A stretch of DNA of 64,000 nucleotides from Alistipes sp. (lineage in GTDB: Bacteria; Bacteroidota; Bacteroidia; Bacteroidales; Rikenellaceae), in contig JAZUQP010000002.1 of NCBI GenBank assembly GCA_045605785.1, positions 38,378 to 102,377 of the forward strand. The letters run 5' to 3'. The notes beneath the pieces are model-generated. The model saw only the letters and a program-made list of their open reading frames with translations, did not search any database and was not told the origin of the DNA. Shown here one piece after another: positions 18,213-27,128 of this stretch (the stretch's first letter is position 1; every line of letters starts with the position of its first letter). The translations under genes were made by a program, and so were the position numbers.

Positions 18213-19289
18213 TTACTTCAAGCGATCATAGTGGCAGAATGCGAGCTCGCCGTTATCGTCGCGCAGGTGCATGCCGCCCCCCATGCAGTAGCGGAACATC
18301 GAGCAGCTTCCGCACTTCCCCTTGCGCATCCACTCGCGGTTGCGGAAGGGCTCAAAACGGTTTTGCCACACCTCCCAGAAGGAGTCGCGGTAGATATTGC
18401 CCTGGTGGTAGTTGGCACGAATCGAGGTACAGCCCGAGATGGAGCCATCGACACGAATCGAGGCGACCGATACACCGGCAGCACACTGATAGAACTCATC
18501 GCGCACCTGCCCCTCGAAGCGGCCGAGGAAGCCCTCGCAGGAGTAGCTCAAGTCGATGCGGCCCTCCTGACGCGTGTGCTTGATGAAGTGCATCAACTCG
18601 ACAAACTCGTCGTCGGTCACGCGCAACGAGGCGTCGTGTTTGGCACGGCCCGAGGGGAAGATAGTCGCAATGCGCCAATGAGTTACCCCCTCCTTTATCA
18701 AGAACTCCTTAAACTCCTCCAGACGAGGCATCAGGGGCGATGTTACGCAGGTAATGATGTCGTAGGTGAGCTCCTTGTGGCGAATGATGCGTCGGATGGC
18801 ATCGAGGGCACGGTCATAACTTTGGGGGTGCTGACGGATGTAGTTGTGGGTCTCGGGGAAGCCGTCGAAGCTGACCGATACGGAGCGCAGCCCTGCAGCA
18901 ATCAGGCTCTCAAGACGCTCTTCGGTCAGGGCCATGCCGTTGGTCACCATGCCCCACATATAGCCGCGACGGGTCACCTCGCGTCCTGCCTCCTCGAGGT
19001 CTTTGCGCACGAGCACCTCACCTCCCGAGAAGATGATGAGTACATCTTTGGGGTTTACATGAGGCGTAACCTCCTCGTCGAGCACCTTCAGAAAGTCGGC
19101 CAGAGGCATATCGGGCAGTTCGGGGGCTACGCGACAATCGCTACCACAGTGACGGCACGACAAATTACAACGAAGCGTACACTCCCAAAAGAGCGTACGC
19201 AACTTGTGCTCGGCCACCAGGTCCCGATAGAGATCGGAGAACAAACGGAGGCCGATGGCTGTTCTTAAACTCGGATAACGCAATCGCAT
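18213..19289 (-). CDS. Radical SAM/SPASM-type enzyme, rSAM/lipoprotein system (TIGR04133-like)
   Basis: CNLSCRHC motif, FSGGEVL, C-terminal CAAG..C..C..CSMFRYCMGG..HLR; adjacent small lipoprotein. Confidence 0.88.
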   Translation of the reverse strand: MRLRYPSLRTAIGLRLFSDLYRDLVAEHKLRTLFWECTLRCNLSCRHCGSDCRVAPELPDMPLADFLKVLDEEVTPHVNPKDVLIIFSGGEVLVRKDLEEAGREVTRRGYMWGMVTNGMALTEERLESLIAAGLRSVSVSFDGFPETHNYIRQHPQSYDRALDAIRRIIRHKELTYDIITCVTSPLMPRLEEFKEFLIKEGVTHWRIATIFPSGRAKHDASLRVTDDEFVELMHFIKHTRQEGRIDLSYSCEGFLGRFEGQVRDEFYQCAAGVSVASIRVDGSISGCTSIRANYHQGNIYRDSFWEVWQNRFEPFRNREWMRKGKCGSCSMFRYCMGGGMHLRDDNGELAFCHYDRLK

Positions 19290-19292
19290 TGC

Positions 19293-19541
19293 CTACTTCT
19301 GCTCGTCGGCATTTTCGGGTGCGGGGGTCTGCTCCACCTCCTCGAGGGGTACGGGCGGGCGCACACCATAGAGCACACGAATCTGGGGACGCTCATCAGC
19401 GGCCTCACCCACATTCTCTACGGCAGCCTCCTTATTCTCCTTATCACGCTTCTTATCGGCCTTCGAGCCGTTTTTCACCGTCGAACAGGCGGTCGAAAAA
19501 CCGAGCAGGGCCAGCAAAAACAACTTCGCCTTCTTACTCAT
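19293..19541 (-). CDS. Small lipoprotein partner of the radical SAM enzyme (TIGR04134-like)
   Basis: LLALLGFSTAC lipobox, charged linker, IRVLYGVRP motif; stop 3 bp before the rSAM start. Confidence 0.8.
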   Translation of the reverse strand: MSKKAKLFLLALLGFSTACSTVKNGSKADKKRDKENKEAAVENVGEAADERPQIRVLYGVRPPVPLEEVEQTPAPENADEQK

Positions 19542-19688
19542 GGTACGAAAAATTTGTTAGTTTTAACAAAGATATATCTTTTTTTGAAAAAAATCAAAAA
19601 ATGATCCAAAAAGTTTTGTTTCCCCTAAAAAATGACTTACCTTTGTTAGCACAATCACACAAAACACGATAACTAAATAGAAAAAGCT

Positions 19689-19895
19689 ATGACCGGAACA
19701 GTAAAATGGTTCGACAGCAAAAAGGGATTTGGCTTCCTGATTTGCGAGGATGGCAAAGAGGTCTTTGTCCACTACACGGCTATCGAGGCCGAAGGTTTTC
19801 GCTCCCTGACCGAGCACCAGCCCGTAGAGTTCGAGATTGAGCAGGTGGATCGAGGCGAGCAAGCCATCCATGTCAAAGCCATTAAACAAGAGTAA
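19689..19895 (+). CDS. Cold-shock protein
   Basis: [27 protein letters not shown]. Confidence 0.95.
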   Translation: MTGTVKWFDSKKGFGFLICEDGKEVFVHYTAIEAEGFRSLTEHQPVEFEIEQVDRGEQAIHVKAIKQE

Positions 19896-20012
19896 AGAAC
19901 AATACCTCTCGAGATTCGCTCTCGGGAGGTATTGTTTTTAATTCAAAATATAGAATAAACGCAAGAGCCGCACCCTTTTAGGATGCGGCTCTCGTTATTA
20001 CCATGCGAAGGA

Positions 20013-21830
20013 TTAGTACTTCACAGGGATCTGCCAATTGTTGTTGGCGGCGATAATCGCCTGCTGGAGCTCGTAGCCCGAGGCGGTGTTGGTCGTAGCA
20101 TTACCGCAGAAGTCGAGCAGCACCATACCTACACGACCCTTCACCGACTCAATCTTGGTCGTAGCGGCAGGGTTCAAGACTACAGCATCGTCTTCGGGGT
20201 TATCTGCGTGGCTTACATGGTTCATATACCACTCGCTTACCACCGTGCTACTGCTTGCAGCCGTGATATTGTTCTCAATCAGCTCCTGCTTCGCCTCTAC
20301 CGAGTCAGCGTTGTAGGTATCCTGGTAAGTCAGGGTCTTACCACTCTCCAAGCCCGTATTGATCAGAATCGGGTGGTTGGTACGAGTCTGATTGTCACCC
20401 CAATTGACCTTGCCGCCATGGTAGCCACCATTGTAGTCATCACGAGCAAACACCACCACCTTACCGCGGGCCTCACCCAGCGTAACATCCGAATTGAAGG
20501 CCTTAACAAACTCCAAACCGCTGGCATTGAGCTGCAGAGGAATCTGGGCTGCCCACTGGGTCTGACTCTTCTGTTTAGCCTCATCTGCACCGGAGAGCAA
20601 AAAGTCAGCTGATTGTGACCACTCATTATGCAGAAGAATGGTAATCACCTCGGTAGGATTTTCCTCAATAAGCGTTTTAAGCGTAGCCAAAGCATCTGCA
20701 AACTTGATGTCGGTAGATACCGATCCATGATAAATAACCAGGTCGGTATCGGTACAAGTAATCGTAGCTCCAAAGCCCAAAAATCCTCCGGATTTGGTAC
20801 AACGAGCCGAGGGGCGCAAGTCAAAGAAGCGCACACCGGCCGCAAATTGAGCCGCCATATCCAAATCCTGCACCTTACCGAAGGTCACATAACTAATCGT
20901 ACTCGTGCAGGCATCGTGCGAGCCGGGCATCGAGACCATCGAGAGGTACATGTTGTCGGGCAGGTAGCTCATCCAGTTGGCCGAGGCGTTGGCCTTGTAG
21001 CCCGAAGTGGGGAGCGTGCCCAGCGTAAAGGTGTGGCGGGCACCGGCCGTGAGGGCCTTCGAGCTCGTCTTACCCAACACACCCTGGTCGGTTACCACAT
21101 CCACGCGCAGCGTAGCGGCGAAGTTGGGAAGCAGGAAGAGGGTGTATTTATACTCGCCGGCAGCAGGAGTATCCACATTGATAACCAGGCGCTTCGAGAG
21201 CTGCGAGGCATCGGCCAGGGTGGTCGTACCCGAGGCGATGTCGTAGGTAAAAGTACCGGCCAGGTAGCTCTCCGACGAGAGGACAATCTTCTGCACCAGC
21301 ACACCCTCGGGGGCGGTGAAGGAGATATCGACAGCCGTCATCAGGGGCACAAAGTTGAGCACATGAGGATCCTCGGTGCTGCTCTTGGCCACCATAAAGG
21401 CGTTATCCATATTGACCTGCGTCTCGGAGGACATCAGCATCGACTTCATGTGCGAGGTAACCTTCGAGCCCAAGAAGGAGGTGACGCGCGAAGCGGGATA
21501 GAAGCCGTAGTAGGCGTCGGACTCGGCAAGCGAGCCACCCTCGAGGGCCGTCTGCTTAATGGTGGCACCACCCTCTTTGGCTTTGTAGTCGCTCGTTGCC
21601 GAGCCATTCGATACGGTTACTTCATCGCCGGCCGTCCAATAGAGAGGATAGACCGTGCCATCCGACTCACCGTAGGAGGTACGCACCTCCGAGTCGGCAA
21701 TTGTAGCGTCGAAGGAGGTTACCTGCGGCTCCTCCGGCTGAAGATTCTGGTTGCCCCAGGGCTCGACCACGGGGTCGCTACCGCAAGCTGCAAAGAGAAG
21801 CAGCGAAAGGGCATATACTAACTTTTTCAT
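20013..21830 (-). CDS. Lipoprotein with a fimbrillin-like N-terminal region and a C-terminal PI-PLC X-domain
   Basis: Lipobox AAC; VRTSYG..LYWTAGDEVTV fimbrillin-type start; WMSYLPD..SMPGSHDA, VRFFDLRP, IYHG PI-PLC motifs. Confidence 0.75.
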   Translation of the reverse strand: MKKLVYALSLLLFAACGSDPVVEPWGNQNLQPEEPQVTSFDATIADSEVRTSYGESDGTVYPLYWTAGDEVTVSNGSATSDYKAKEGGATIKQTALEGGSLAESDAYYGFYPASRVTSFLGSKVTSHMKSMLMSSETQVNMDNAFMVAKSSTEDPHVLNFVPLMTAVDISFTAPEGVLVQKIVLSSESYLAGTFTYDIASGTTTLADASQLSKRLVINVDTPAAGEYKYTLFLLPNFAATLRVDVVTDQGVLGKTSSKALTAGARHTFTLGTLPTSGYKANASANWMSYLPDNMYLSMVSMPGSHDACTSTISYVTFGKVQDLDMAAQFAAGVRFFDLRPSARCTKSGGFLGFGATITCTDTDLVIYHGSVSTDIKFADALATLKTLIEENPTEVITILLHNEWSQSADFLLSGADEAKQKSQTQWAAQIPLQLNASGLEFVKAFNSDVTLGEARGKVVVFARDDYNGGYHGGKVNWGDNQTRTNHPILINTGLESGKTLTYQDTYNADSVEAKQELIENNITAASSSTVVSEWYMNHVSHADNPEDDAVVLNPAATTKIESVKGRVGMVLLDFCGNATTNTASGYELQQAIIAANNNWQIPVKY

Positions 21831-21887
21831 CGTTTCTACTCTTTTTTGTGAATCACTCTTCTTTTTGTCGTGGAGTGCAATCGTCGA

Positions 21888-22028
21888 TTAGTTCCAACCG
21901 CCGTCGCCACCTACCTCACCGCCATCGGGCTGACCCTCCTCGGGCACCATGCCGCTTACGGTAAATCCCTGCTCGACCACCATCTCGATGACCTCCAGGG
22001 CTGGCTCGAAATAAAATTTTTTCTTCAT
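21888..22028 (-). CDS. 46-aa peptide missed by the ORF track
   Basis: MKKKFYFEPALEVIEMVVEQGFTVSGMVPEEGQPDGGEVGGDGGWN*; A-rich start context; lies between promoter TACCTTTG (22136-22143) and the fimbrillin-PLC gene. Confidence 0.75.
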   Translation of the reverse strand: MKKKFYFEPALEVIEMVVEQGFTVSGMVPEEGQPDGGEVGGDGGWN

Positions 22029-22332
22029 ACTATCGTTAAATTCAAAAATAATATCGTTTAATATAATTCTATCTTATTGTATTTCAGCGTATTATGCTCG
22101 TTTTAGGGGGGGGGAGAACACGCTATCTCGCTGTGCAAAGGTAATAATTTTATACTAAACAGACTGTTAAAATAAGAAAAAATTGCACATTTTAAGCAGA
22201 GAGCTACTTTTTAATCACAAACAGGATGTATTGAGAGATATTGTATTATAAAAAATTTTTAGTAACTTTGCACTCGATTTAGAAATCGAGTTAGAAACAA
22301 AGGTTAAATCAAATACTAAACAACTGAAAACC

Positions 22333-23565
22333 ATGAAAGAAGCTATTGCAATTCTGACGGGTGGCGGTCCGGCCCCCGGTATGAACACCGTAGTTGGCTC
22401 CGTAGCCAAGACTTTCCTGCGCAAAGGTTACCGTGTCGTAGGTCTCCACGAGGGTTACACGGGTCTGTTCAACCCCAACCCCCGCACCGTGGATATCGAC
22501 TTCCTGATGGCCGACAGCATCTTCAACCAGGGCGGTTCGTTCCTGCAGATGAGCCGTTTCAAGCCCACCGACAAGAACTTCGAGGAGGACTTCAACCTCA
22601 AGTTCTTCACCGAGAACAACATCAAGTTGCTCGTAACCGTGGGTGGCGACGACACCGCTTCGACGGCCAACCGCATTGCCAAGTTCCTGGAGGCCAAGCA
22701 GTACCCCATCGCCAACATCCATGTTCCCAAGACCATCGACAACGACCTGCCCCTGCCGAAGGGTACGCCCACTTTCGGTTATGAGTCGGCCAAGGACAAG
22801 GGTGCCGTAATCGCTCGTGCCGTCTATGTGGACGCCCGCACCAGCGGCAACTGGTTTGTACTGGCTGCCATGGGTCGCTCGGCCGGCCACCTCGCCTTCG
22901 GTATCGGTGAGGCCTGCCACTACCCCATGATCGTGATTCCCGAGATGTTCAACAAGACCGAGATCACCGTCGAGAAGATCGTAAACCTCGTTATCTCGTC
23001 GATTCTGAAGCGCAAAATCATGGGCATGAACTACGGCGCCGCCGTCATCTCGGAGGGTGTATTCCACGCCCTGTCGGATGAGGAGATTAAGAAGAGCGGT
23101 GTTCACTTCACCTACGACGACCACGGCCACCCCGAGTTGGGCAAGGTATCGAAGGCTCACATCTTCAACGAGATGATCGAGAAGCGCCTCAAGGAGCTGG
23201 GTCTCAAGGTAAAGAGCCGTCCCGTAGAGCTCGGCTACGAGATTCGTTGCCAGACCCCCACGGGTTACGACCTCACCTACTGCTCGGAGCTGGGTCTGGG
23301 TGTCTACAAGCTCTTCTCGGAGGGCAAGACCGGTTGCATGGTCTATGTAGACTCCGGGGGCAATGTATCGCCCCTCTACCTGAAGGATCTGCAGGATCCC
23401 ACCACGGGCAAGATTCCTCCCCGCTTGGTGGATATCAACTCCGACAAGTTCGCATCGGTGGTAGATACCATCATCTGCGGCCTGGAGGAGAGCGACTACG
23501 AGGAGGCCAAGAAGTATGTGGCCAACCCCGCCGAGTTCGACTTCAAGAAGATTCTCAACTGGTAA
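22333..23565 (+). CDS. 6-phosphofructokinase family, probably PPi-dependent
   Basis: GGGPAPGMN, VGGDDT, PKTIDNDL, MGRSAGHL; GGDD plus KTIDND is the PPi-type signature. Confidence 0.9.
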   Translation: MKEAIAILTGGGPAPGMNTVVGSVAKTFLRKGYRVVGLHEGYTGLFNPNPRTVDIDFLMADSIFNQGGSFLQMSRFKPTDKNFEEDFNLKFFTENNIKLLVTVGGDDTASTANRIAKFLEAKQYPIANIHVPKTIDNDLPLPKGTPTFGYESAKDKGAVIARAVYVDARTSGNWFVLAAMGRSAGHLAFGIGEACHYPMIVIPEMFNKTEITVEKIVNLVISSILKRKIMGMNYGAAVISEGVFHALSDEEIKKSGVHFTYDDHGHPELGKVSKAHIFNEMIEKRLKELGLKVKSRPVELGYEIRCQTPTGYDLTYCSELGLGVYKLFSEGKTGCMVYVDSGGNVSPLYLKDLQDPTTGKIPPRLVDINSDKFASVVDTIICGLEESDYEEAKKYVANPAEFDFKKILNW

Positions 23566-23583
23566 CAGCCAACCAACAAATAG

Positions 23584-23613
23584 TGAGGGGAGTGCAGCAA
23601 TGCACTCCCCTCC
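23584..23613. terminator. Hairpin between convergent genes
   Basis: GAGGGGAGTGCA-gcaa-TGCACTCCCCTC followed by a T-tract. Confidence 0.8.
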
Positions 23614-23635
23614 TTTTTTGGGTACTTCGGATCAA

Positions 23636-23938
23636 TTAGACAAAGTAATCGACCACCACGCGGCACTCGCGCACCCCTTCGCAGTGCTCGCTCACGGCCA
23701 CATGGGCGGGGTGTACCTTATAGGTATCCAAATCCTCCTTCGTAAGGAAGCATACCGTCAGCACGGCATCGTAGGCCGCCTCCGAGGGGAACTCATTGAC
23801 ACCTATCTCCAGGCTCTGAATCTGGGGAATGACGCCCACCAGGGCCTCCAAGTGCTCCTTCATCCACAGGGCATGCTCGCGGCGCGACTTACCCTCGGCG
23901 CCCTCTTTGAAGCGCCACATCACAATGTGTTTCAGCAT
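23636..23938 (-). CDS. Dabb (stress-responsive A/B barrel) domain; own start or C-terminal part of a fusion
   Basis: MLKHIVMWRFK, LEALVGVIPQIQSLEIG, YKVHPAH; A-rich TIR before ATG; in frame with the upstream SLOG ORF. Confidence 0.85.
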   Translation of the reverse strand: MLKHIVMWRFKEGAEGKSRREHALWMKEHLEALVGVIPQIQSLEIGVNEFPSEAAYDAVLTVCFLTKEDLDTYKVHPAHVAVSEHCEGVRECRVVVDYFV

Positions 23939-24451
23939 AGTAGTCTTTGTTTTATCGTTCGTAAACAACTCTTGTTGCAGTTGGGGATAGAGGTTCTCGA
24001 CCTTGCGGCCCAGGCGTCGGGCGCGACGCACCGTATAGCAGGTACCGCCCTGCTTCGAGCCGTCGTACCAGGCCACCACGCGCTCGGCATGCTCCACGAG
24101 GTAGTCGTTGCGGCGCTGAAAGGAGCCCGGGGTGTAGTGCGACTGCAAAACGACCACCTCGTCGGCTGCGGAGAGCAGACGCTCGTAGCGTTCTCTATTC
24201 TCCGCGCTAAAGCCCCTCGCCTGCCCCTTGTGGGGTACCACACAGCAGAGGCGCACGCCCGGAAACTCCTCTTTGAGTCGCACAACCGCCTCGCCGGCCG
24301 AGAGATCGAACCCCTCGGCCATTCCCGTAAGGAAGGTGGCGCAGCCCTCTCGAAAGAGGGCACGCAACAACTCGTCGAGTGCCGCATCGGCCCCTCCATC
24401 GTAACTACGGTGGCCGGTAAAGGCCACGACTCTGGCAGTCGGATTCTCCAT
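23636..24451 (-). CDS. DUF1273/YpsA SLOG-family protein reading in frame into Dabb (no stop codon)
   Basis: VAFTGHR, FLTGMAEGFDL, FQRRNDYLVEHA, YDGSKQGGTCYTVRRA; SLOG part ends near 23960. Confidence 0.8.
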   Translation of the reverse strand: MENPTARVVAFTGHRSYDGGADAALDELLRALFREGCATFLTGMAEGFDLSAGEAVVRLKEEFPGVRLCCVVPHKGQARGFSAENRERYERLLSAADEVVVLQSHYTPGSFQRRNDYLVEHAERVVAWYDGSKQGGTCYTVRRARRLGRKVENLYPQLQQELFTNDKTKTTMLKHIVMWRFKEGAEGKSRREHALWMKEHLEALVGVIPQIQSLEIGVNEFPSEAAYDAVLTVCFLTKEDLDTYKVHPAHVAVSEHCEGVRECRVVVDYFV

Positions 24452-24541
24452 CTGAACAAAGGTAGTGAAAAATCGTGAGCATTGAAACTTTCTGGCGCGA
24501 AGTTTGCAACTTTTCGACACGAATCTTAAAACTTTTGCCTT

Positions 24542-24760
24542 ATGAAAAACACGACAATTTGTGTAGCATCGTTGCTCGGAGGGATGGTCATCGGCTCGGC
24601 CCTGGCCATGTTGCTTACCCCGCAATCGGGTCATGAACTGCGCCACCAGATCCGTGACGCCTTCAACCGCGAAATCGACAAAGCCCGTCAGGAGATGGAG
24701 CGCGTTCGCGAGGAGCTGGAGCAGGCGCGCTGCCACTGCAACGAGAAGAGCAACGAGTAA
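24542..24760 (+). CDS. YtxH domain protein
   Basis: LLGGMVIGSALAMLLTPQSGHELR. Confidence 0.88.
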   Translation: MKNTTICVASLLGGMVIGSALAMLLTPQSGHELRHQIRDAFNREIDKARQEMERVREELEQARCHCNEKSNE

Positions 24761-24766
24761 GTGGTG

Positions 24767-25075
24767 ATGGGTCGCAGCTCAACAGAGGGCCACTTCGGGG
24801 TGGGTCTTATCCTCTTCTCCCTCTCGGCCTTGATGAGTATCCTACTCCTCGTTTCGGCCTTCACGGTGTGGCTCTCGGAGCTGACCGGCTCACTCTTCGT
24901 GGCCATGCTCCTGGTCGGGGGCTTCTTCTTCACGGTGGCGCTGCTGGTCTATCTGCTCTCGTTGCGCTACACTGTTCGACGCATCAACGACCGCCTGGAG
25001 ACCATCTACGATGTCGCCGAATCGGCCAAACGCGGCTACGAATGGGTCGTAGGATTGCTAAAAAGAGCCCTGTAG
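24767..25075 (+). CDS. Two-TM membrane protein (holin-like family, typical YtxH neighbour)
   Basis: Two hydrophobic helices; directly follows YtxH; GTG at 24761 is an alternative start. Confidence 0.6.
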   Translation: MGRSSTEGHFGVGLILFSLSALMSILLLVSAFTVWLSELTGSLFVAMLLVGGFFFTVALLVYLLSLRYTVRRINDRLETIYDVAESAKRGYEWVVGLLKRAL

Positions 25076-25139
25076 AGGCTCTTTTTGCAATTTACGATTC
25101 ACAATTATTTTCTTGACATGGTAATTGGCAGATTAGGGA

Positions 25140-25376
25140 GAGAGGAAATTCCGTGCCAACGAAGATTGCCCCGGATGGGACATACTTGGCGTATTTCCCA
25201 TTCGGGGCAAGCAAGGCGGTGCGTAGTTATCGTTTACAAATCGTAAAACCAGATTTTTGATTTTAGGCGAGGAAATTCCGTGCCGACATGAAATCGGCCC
25301 GGATGGGATATACTTGGTGTATTTCCCATTCGGGCCGATGATTGAGGTGCGGAATTTACCGCCTAAAATCAAAAAT
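25140..25376. repeat. Two tandem ~125-bp hairpin elements (family copies A1, A2)
   Basis: GAGGAAATTCCGTGCC at 25142 and 25269; A2 has a 17-bp terminal inverted repeat ATTTTTGATTTTAGGCG/CGCCTAAAATCAAAAAT (25253-25376). Confidence 0.9.
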
Positions 25377-25927
25377 TACTTGAAGTAGCGGTTAAACAAC
25401 CCCTCAAAACCCTTTCCGTGACGAGCCTCATCCTTGGCCATCTCGTGAACGGTATCGTGTACGGCATCCAGGTTCTGCTCCTTGGCGATTTTGGCCAGGT
25501 GCATCTTACCCTCGCAAGCACCGCACTCGGCATTCATACGCTTCTCGAGGTTGGTCTTGGTATCCCATACCAGCTCACCAATCAGCTCGGCAAACTTGGC
25601 AGCGTGCTCGGCCTCCTCCCATGCGTAGCGCTTGAAGGCCTCGGCAATCTCGGGATAGCCCTCGCGGTCGGCCTGACGGCTCATGGCCAGGTACATACCC
25701 ACCTCGGTGCACTCGCCCAGGAAGTGGTCCTGCAGGCCCTGCCACAGCTCGGGATTCGAGCCCTTACCATCGCCCAACTTGTGCTCGGTAACGAAGTTCA
25801 GGCCGGCGGCCTCCTCCACTACCTCGACAAACTTATCCTTACCAACCTTGCAAAGGGGGCACTTCTCGGGTGCCTCATTACCCTCGTGAATATAACCGCA
25901 TACGGTGCAACGCCATTTCTTGTTCAT
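25376..25927 (-). CDS. rbr: Rubrerythrin with an N-terminal rubredoxin domain (NADH peroxidase type)
   Basis: [39 protein letters not shown]. Confidence 0.93.
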   Translation of the reverse strand: MNKKWRCTVCGYIHEGNEAPEKCPLCKVGKDKFVEVVEEAAGLNFVTEHKLGDGKGSNPELWQGLQDHFLGECTEVGMYLAMSRQADREGYPEIAEAFKRYAWEEAEHAAKFAELIGELVWDTKTNLEKRMNAECGACEGKMHLAKIAKEQNLDAVHDTVHEMAKDEARHGKGFEGLFNRYFK

Positions 25928-26085
25928 AATTTTCAGTTTTTAGTTAGTTTGTTTATTTAGTGTGTTTTTGTATTCTTGTGTTTCTTCTCTTTTTCTTATG
26001 CAAAGGTAGCACTTTTTCAACCACAATCCTACACTTTTCGATTGTTTTTCTCTATTGCAGGATAAGGAGAATTTATAGACAGGGG

Positions 26086-27027
26086 TTATTGATGATCGAG
26101 GGTATACTCGACAAGGGGGAGATCGACCACATCCTTGAGCAACACCCGCTTCGAGCGATCGAGGAGGTAGAGCGACGGAATGGCGCGCAAATCATAGAGT
26201 TGCTTTTCGCGGATGGTGCACCCCTCGTCGTAGGCATTGAGCCACAGTGCGGGCACCTTGTCGAGGTGGTTGCGCCACTCGGTGAGCTCCTCGTCGGGAT
26301 AGAGCATCAGGAGCTTCAGGCGCCCCTTTTCGATGAGCTGCGAGAGCATGGGCGAGGACTCGATCTGCTGCTGAATCTCGCCACACATCGGACAACCCGG
26401 ATTGCTGATGAAGAGAAGCGTATATTCGGCCCGCAGTGTATAGAGTGACCCCCTCTCACCCGACGCAAGGCGGAAGGAGAAGTCGTTGGCCGGCTGCCCC
26501 ACCCTATTGAGGCGTGCTATGCGGAGGTCGTATTGCGGGACGGCACGCTCCACGGCATCGTAACAGGGGCTCTCAACCACCGCCTCCAAGACGGGGATAA
26601 AGAGCTCGTCACTGCGCAACGGAGAGTTGGGATCGTGCAGCCACAACTCAGCCATGCGATAGAAGCGATCGAGGAGCGGACAGTTCCCCTCGAGGCTCTG
26701 CATCAGGCGACGCATCCCTTCGGCATCGTCGGGGCCGAGTACACGGGCGACATAGAAGGTGTAGGCCTCGACCAGCGAGGTCGAGTCGAGGTGCTCCAAA
26801 AGGGTCGTATCTCTCCTATCGAGGTTATCCCAGAAGTGGTCGCGCAACCAGGCTCGTTGCGCCTCGCCCTCCAGCTCGGCAGGCGGCATCATGGGCTGAA
26901 AGCGGCTACGCACGGGGGCAGAGGCAATCAATGTTGCCCCTTCGGAGCTCTTTGACTGCGCTGGTTGGCGTCGGGAGCCACACGAGACAAGGAGCAAAAG
27001 CATCCAAATCGGAAGGAGGTATCGCAT
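26086..27027 (-). CDS. DUF5106-like lipoprotein with a C-terminal thioredoxin-like fold
   Basis: Lipobox VSC; HFWDN, LHDPNSPLRSDELF, NPGCPMC, YDLRAIPSLYLLD; start set at MRYLL. Confidence 0.8.
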   Translation of the reverse strand: MRYLLPIWMLLLLVSCGSRRQPAQSKSSEGATLIASAPVRSRFQPMMPPAELEGEAQRAWLRDHFWDNLDRRDTTLLEHLDSTSLVEAYTFYVARVLGPDDAEGMRRLMQSLEGNCPLLDRFYRMAELWLHDPNSPLRSDELFIPVLEAVVESPCYDAVERAVPQYDLRIARLNRVGQPANDFSFRLASGERGSLYTLRAEYTLLFISNPGCPMCGEIQQQIESSPMLSQLIEKGRLKLLMLYPDEELTEWRNHLDKVPALWLNAYDEGCTIREKQLYDLRAIPSLYLLDRSKRVLLKDVVDLPLVEYTLDHQ

Positions 27028-27128
27028 AGGTCGAAATATCACTACGAACAAAGGTAGGGATATTCCAACAGAAAACAAAGAAAAAGGGCAACATTTCTGT
27101 TGCCCCTTTCTTGAGTAGGATCGAATTA

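Noticed and set aside
22106-22114. G9 homopolymer upstream of the peptide/fimbrillin-PLC operon as a phase-variation switch
   Set aside because: Lies in the predicted 5' UTR, not in a promoter spacer or reading frame, and is short
24767-25075. Holin-like gene as evidence of a prophage
   Set aside because: No phage genes nearby; the YtxH plus two-TM pair is an ordinary chromosomal arrangement
25140-25376. Hairpin repeats as CRISPR arrays or integron attC sites
   Set aside because: No constant repeat/unique spacer pattern, no cas or integrase gene, no cassette ORFs and no consistent RYYYAAC/GTTRRRY ends
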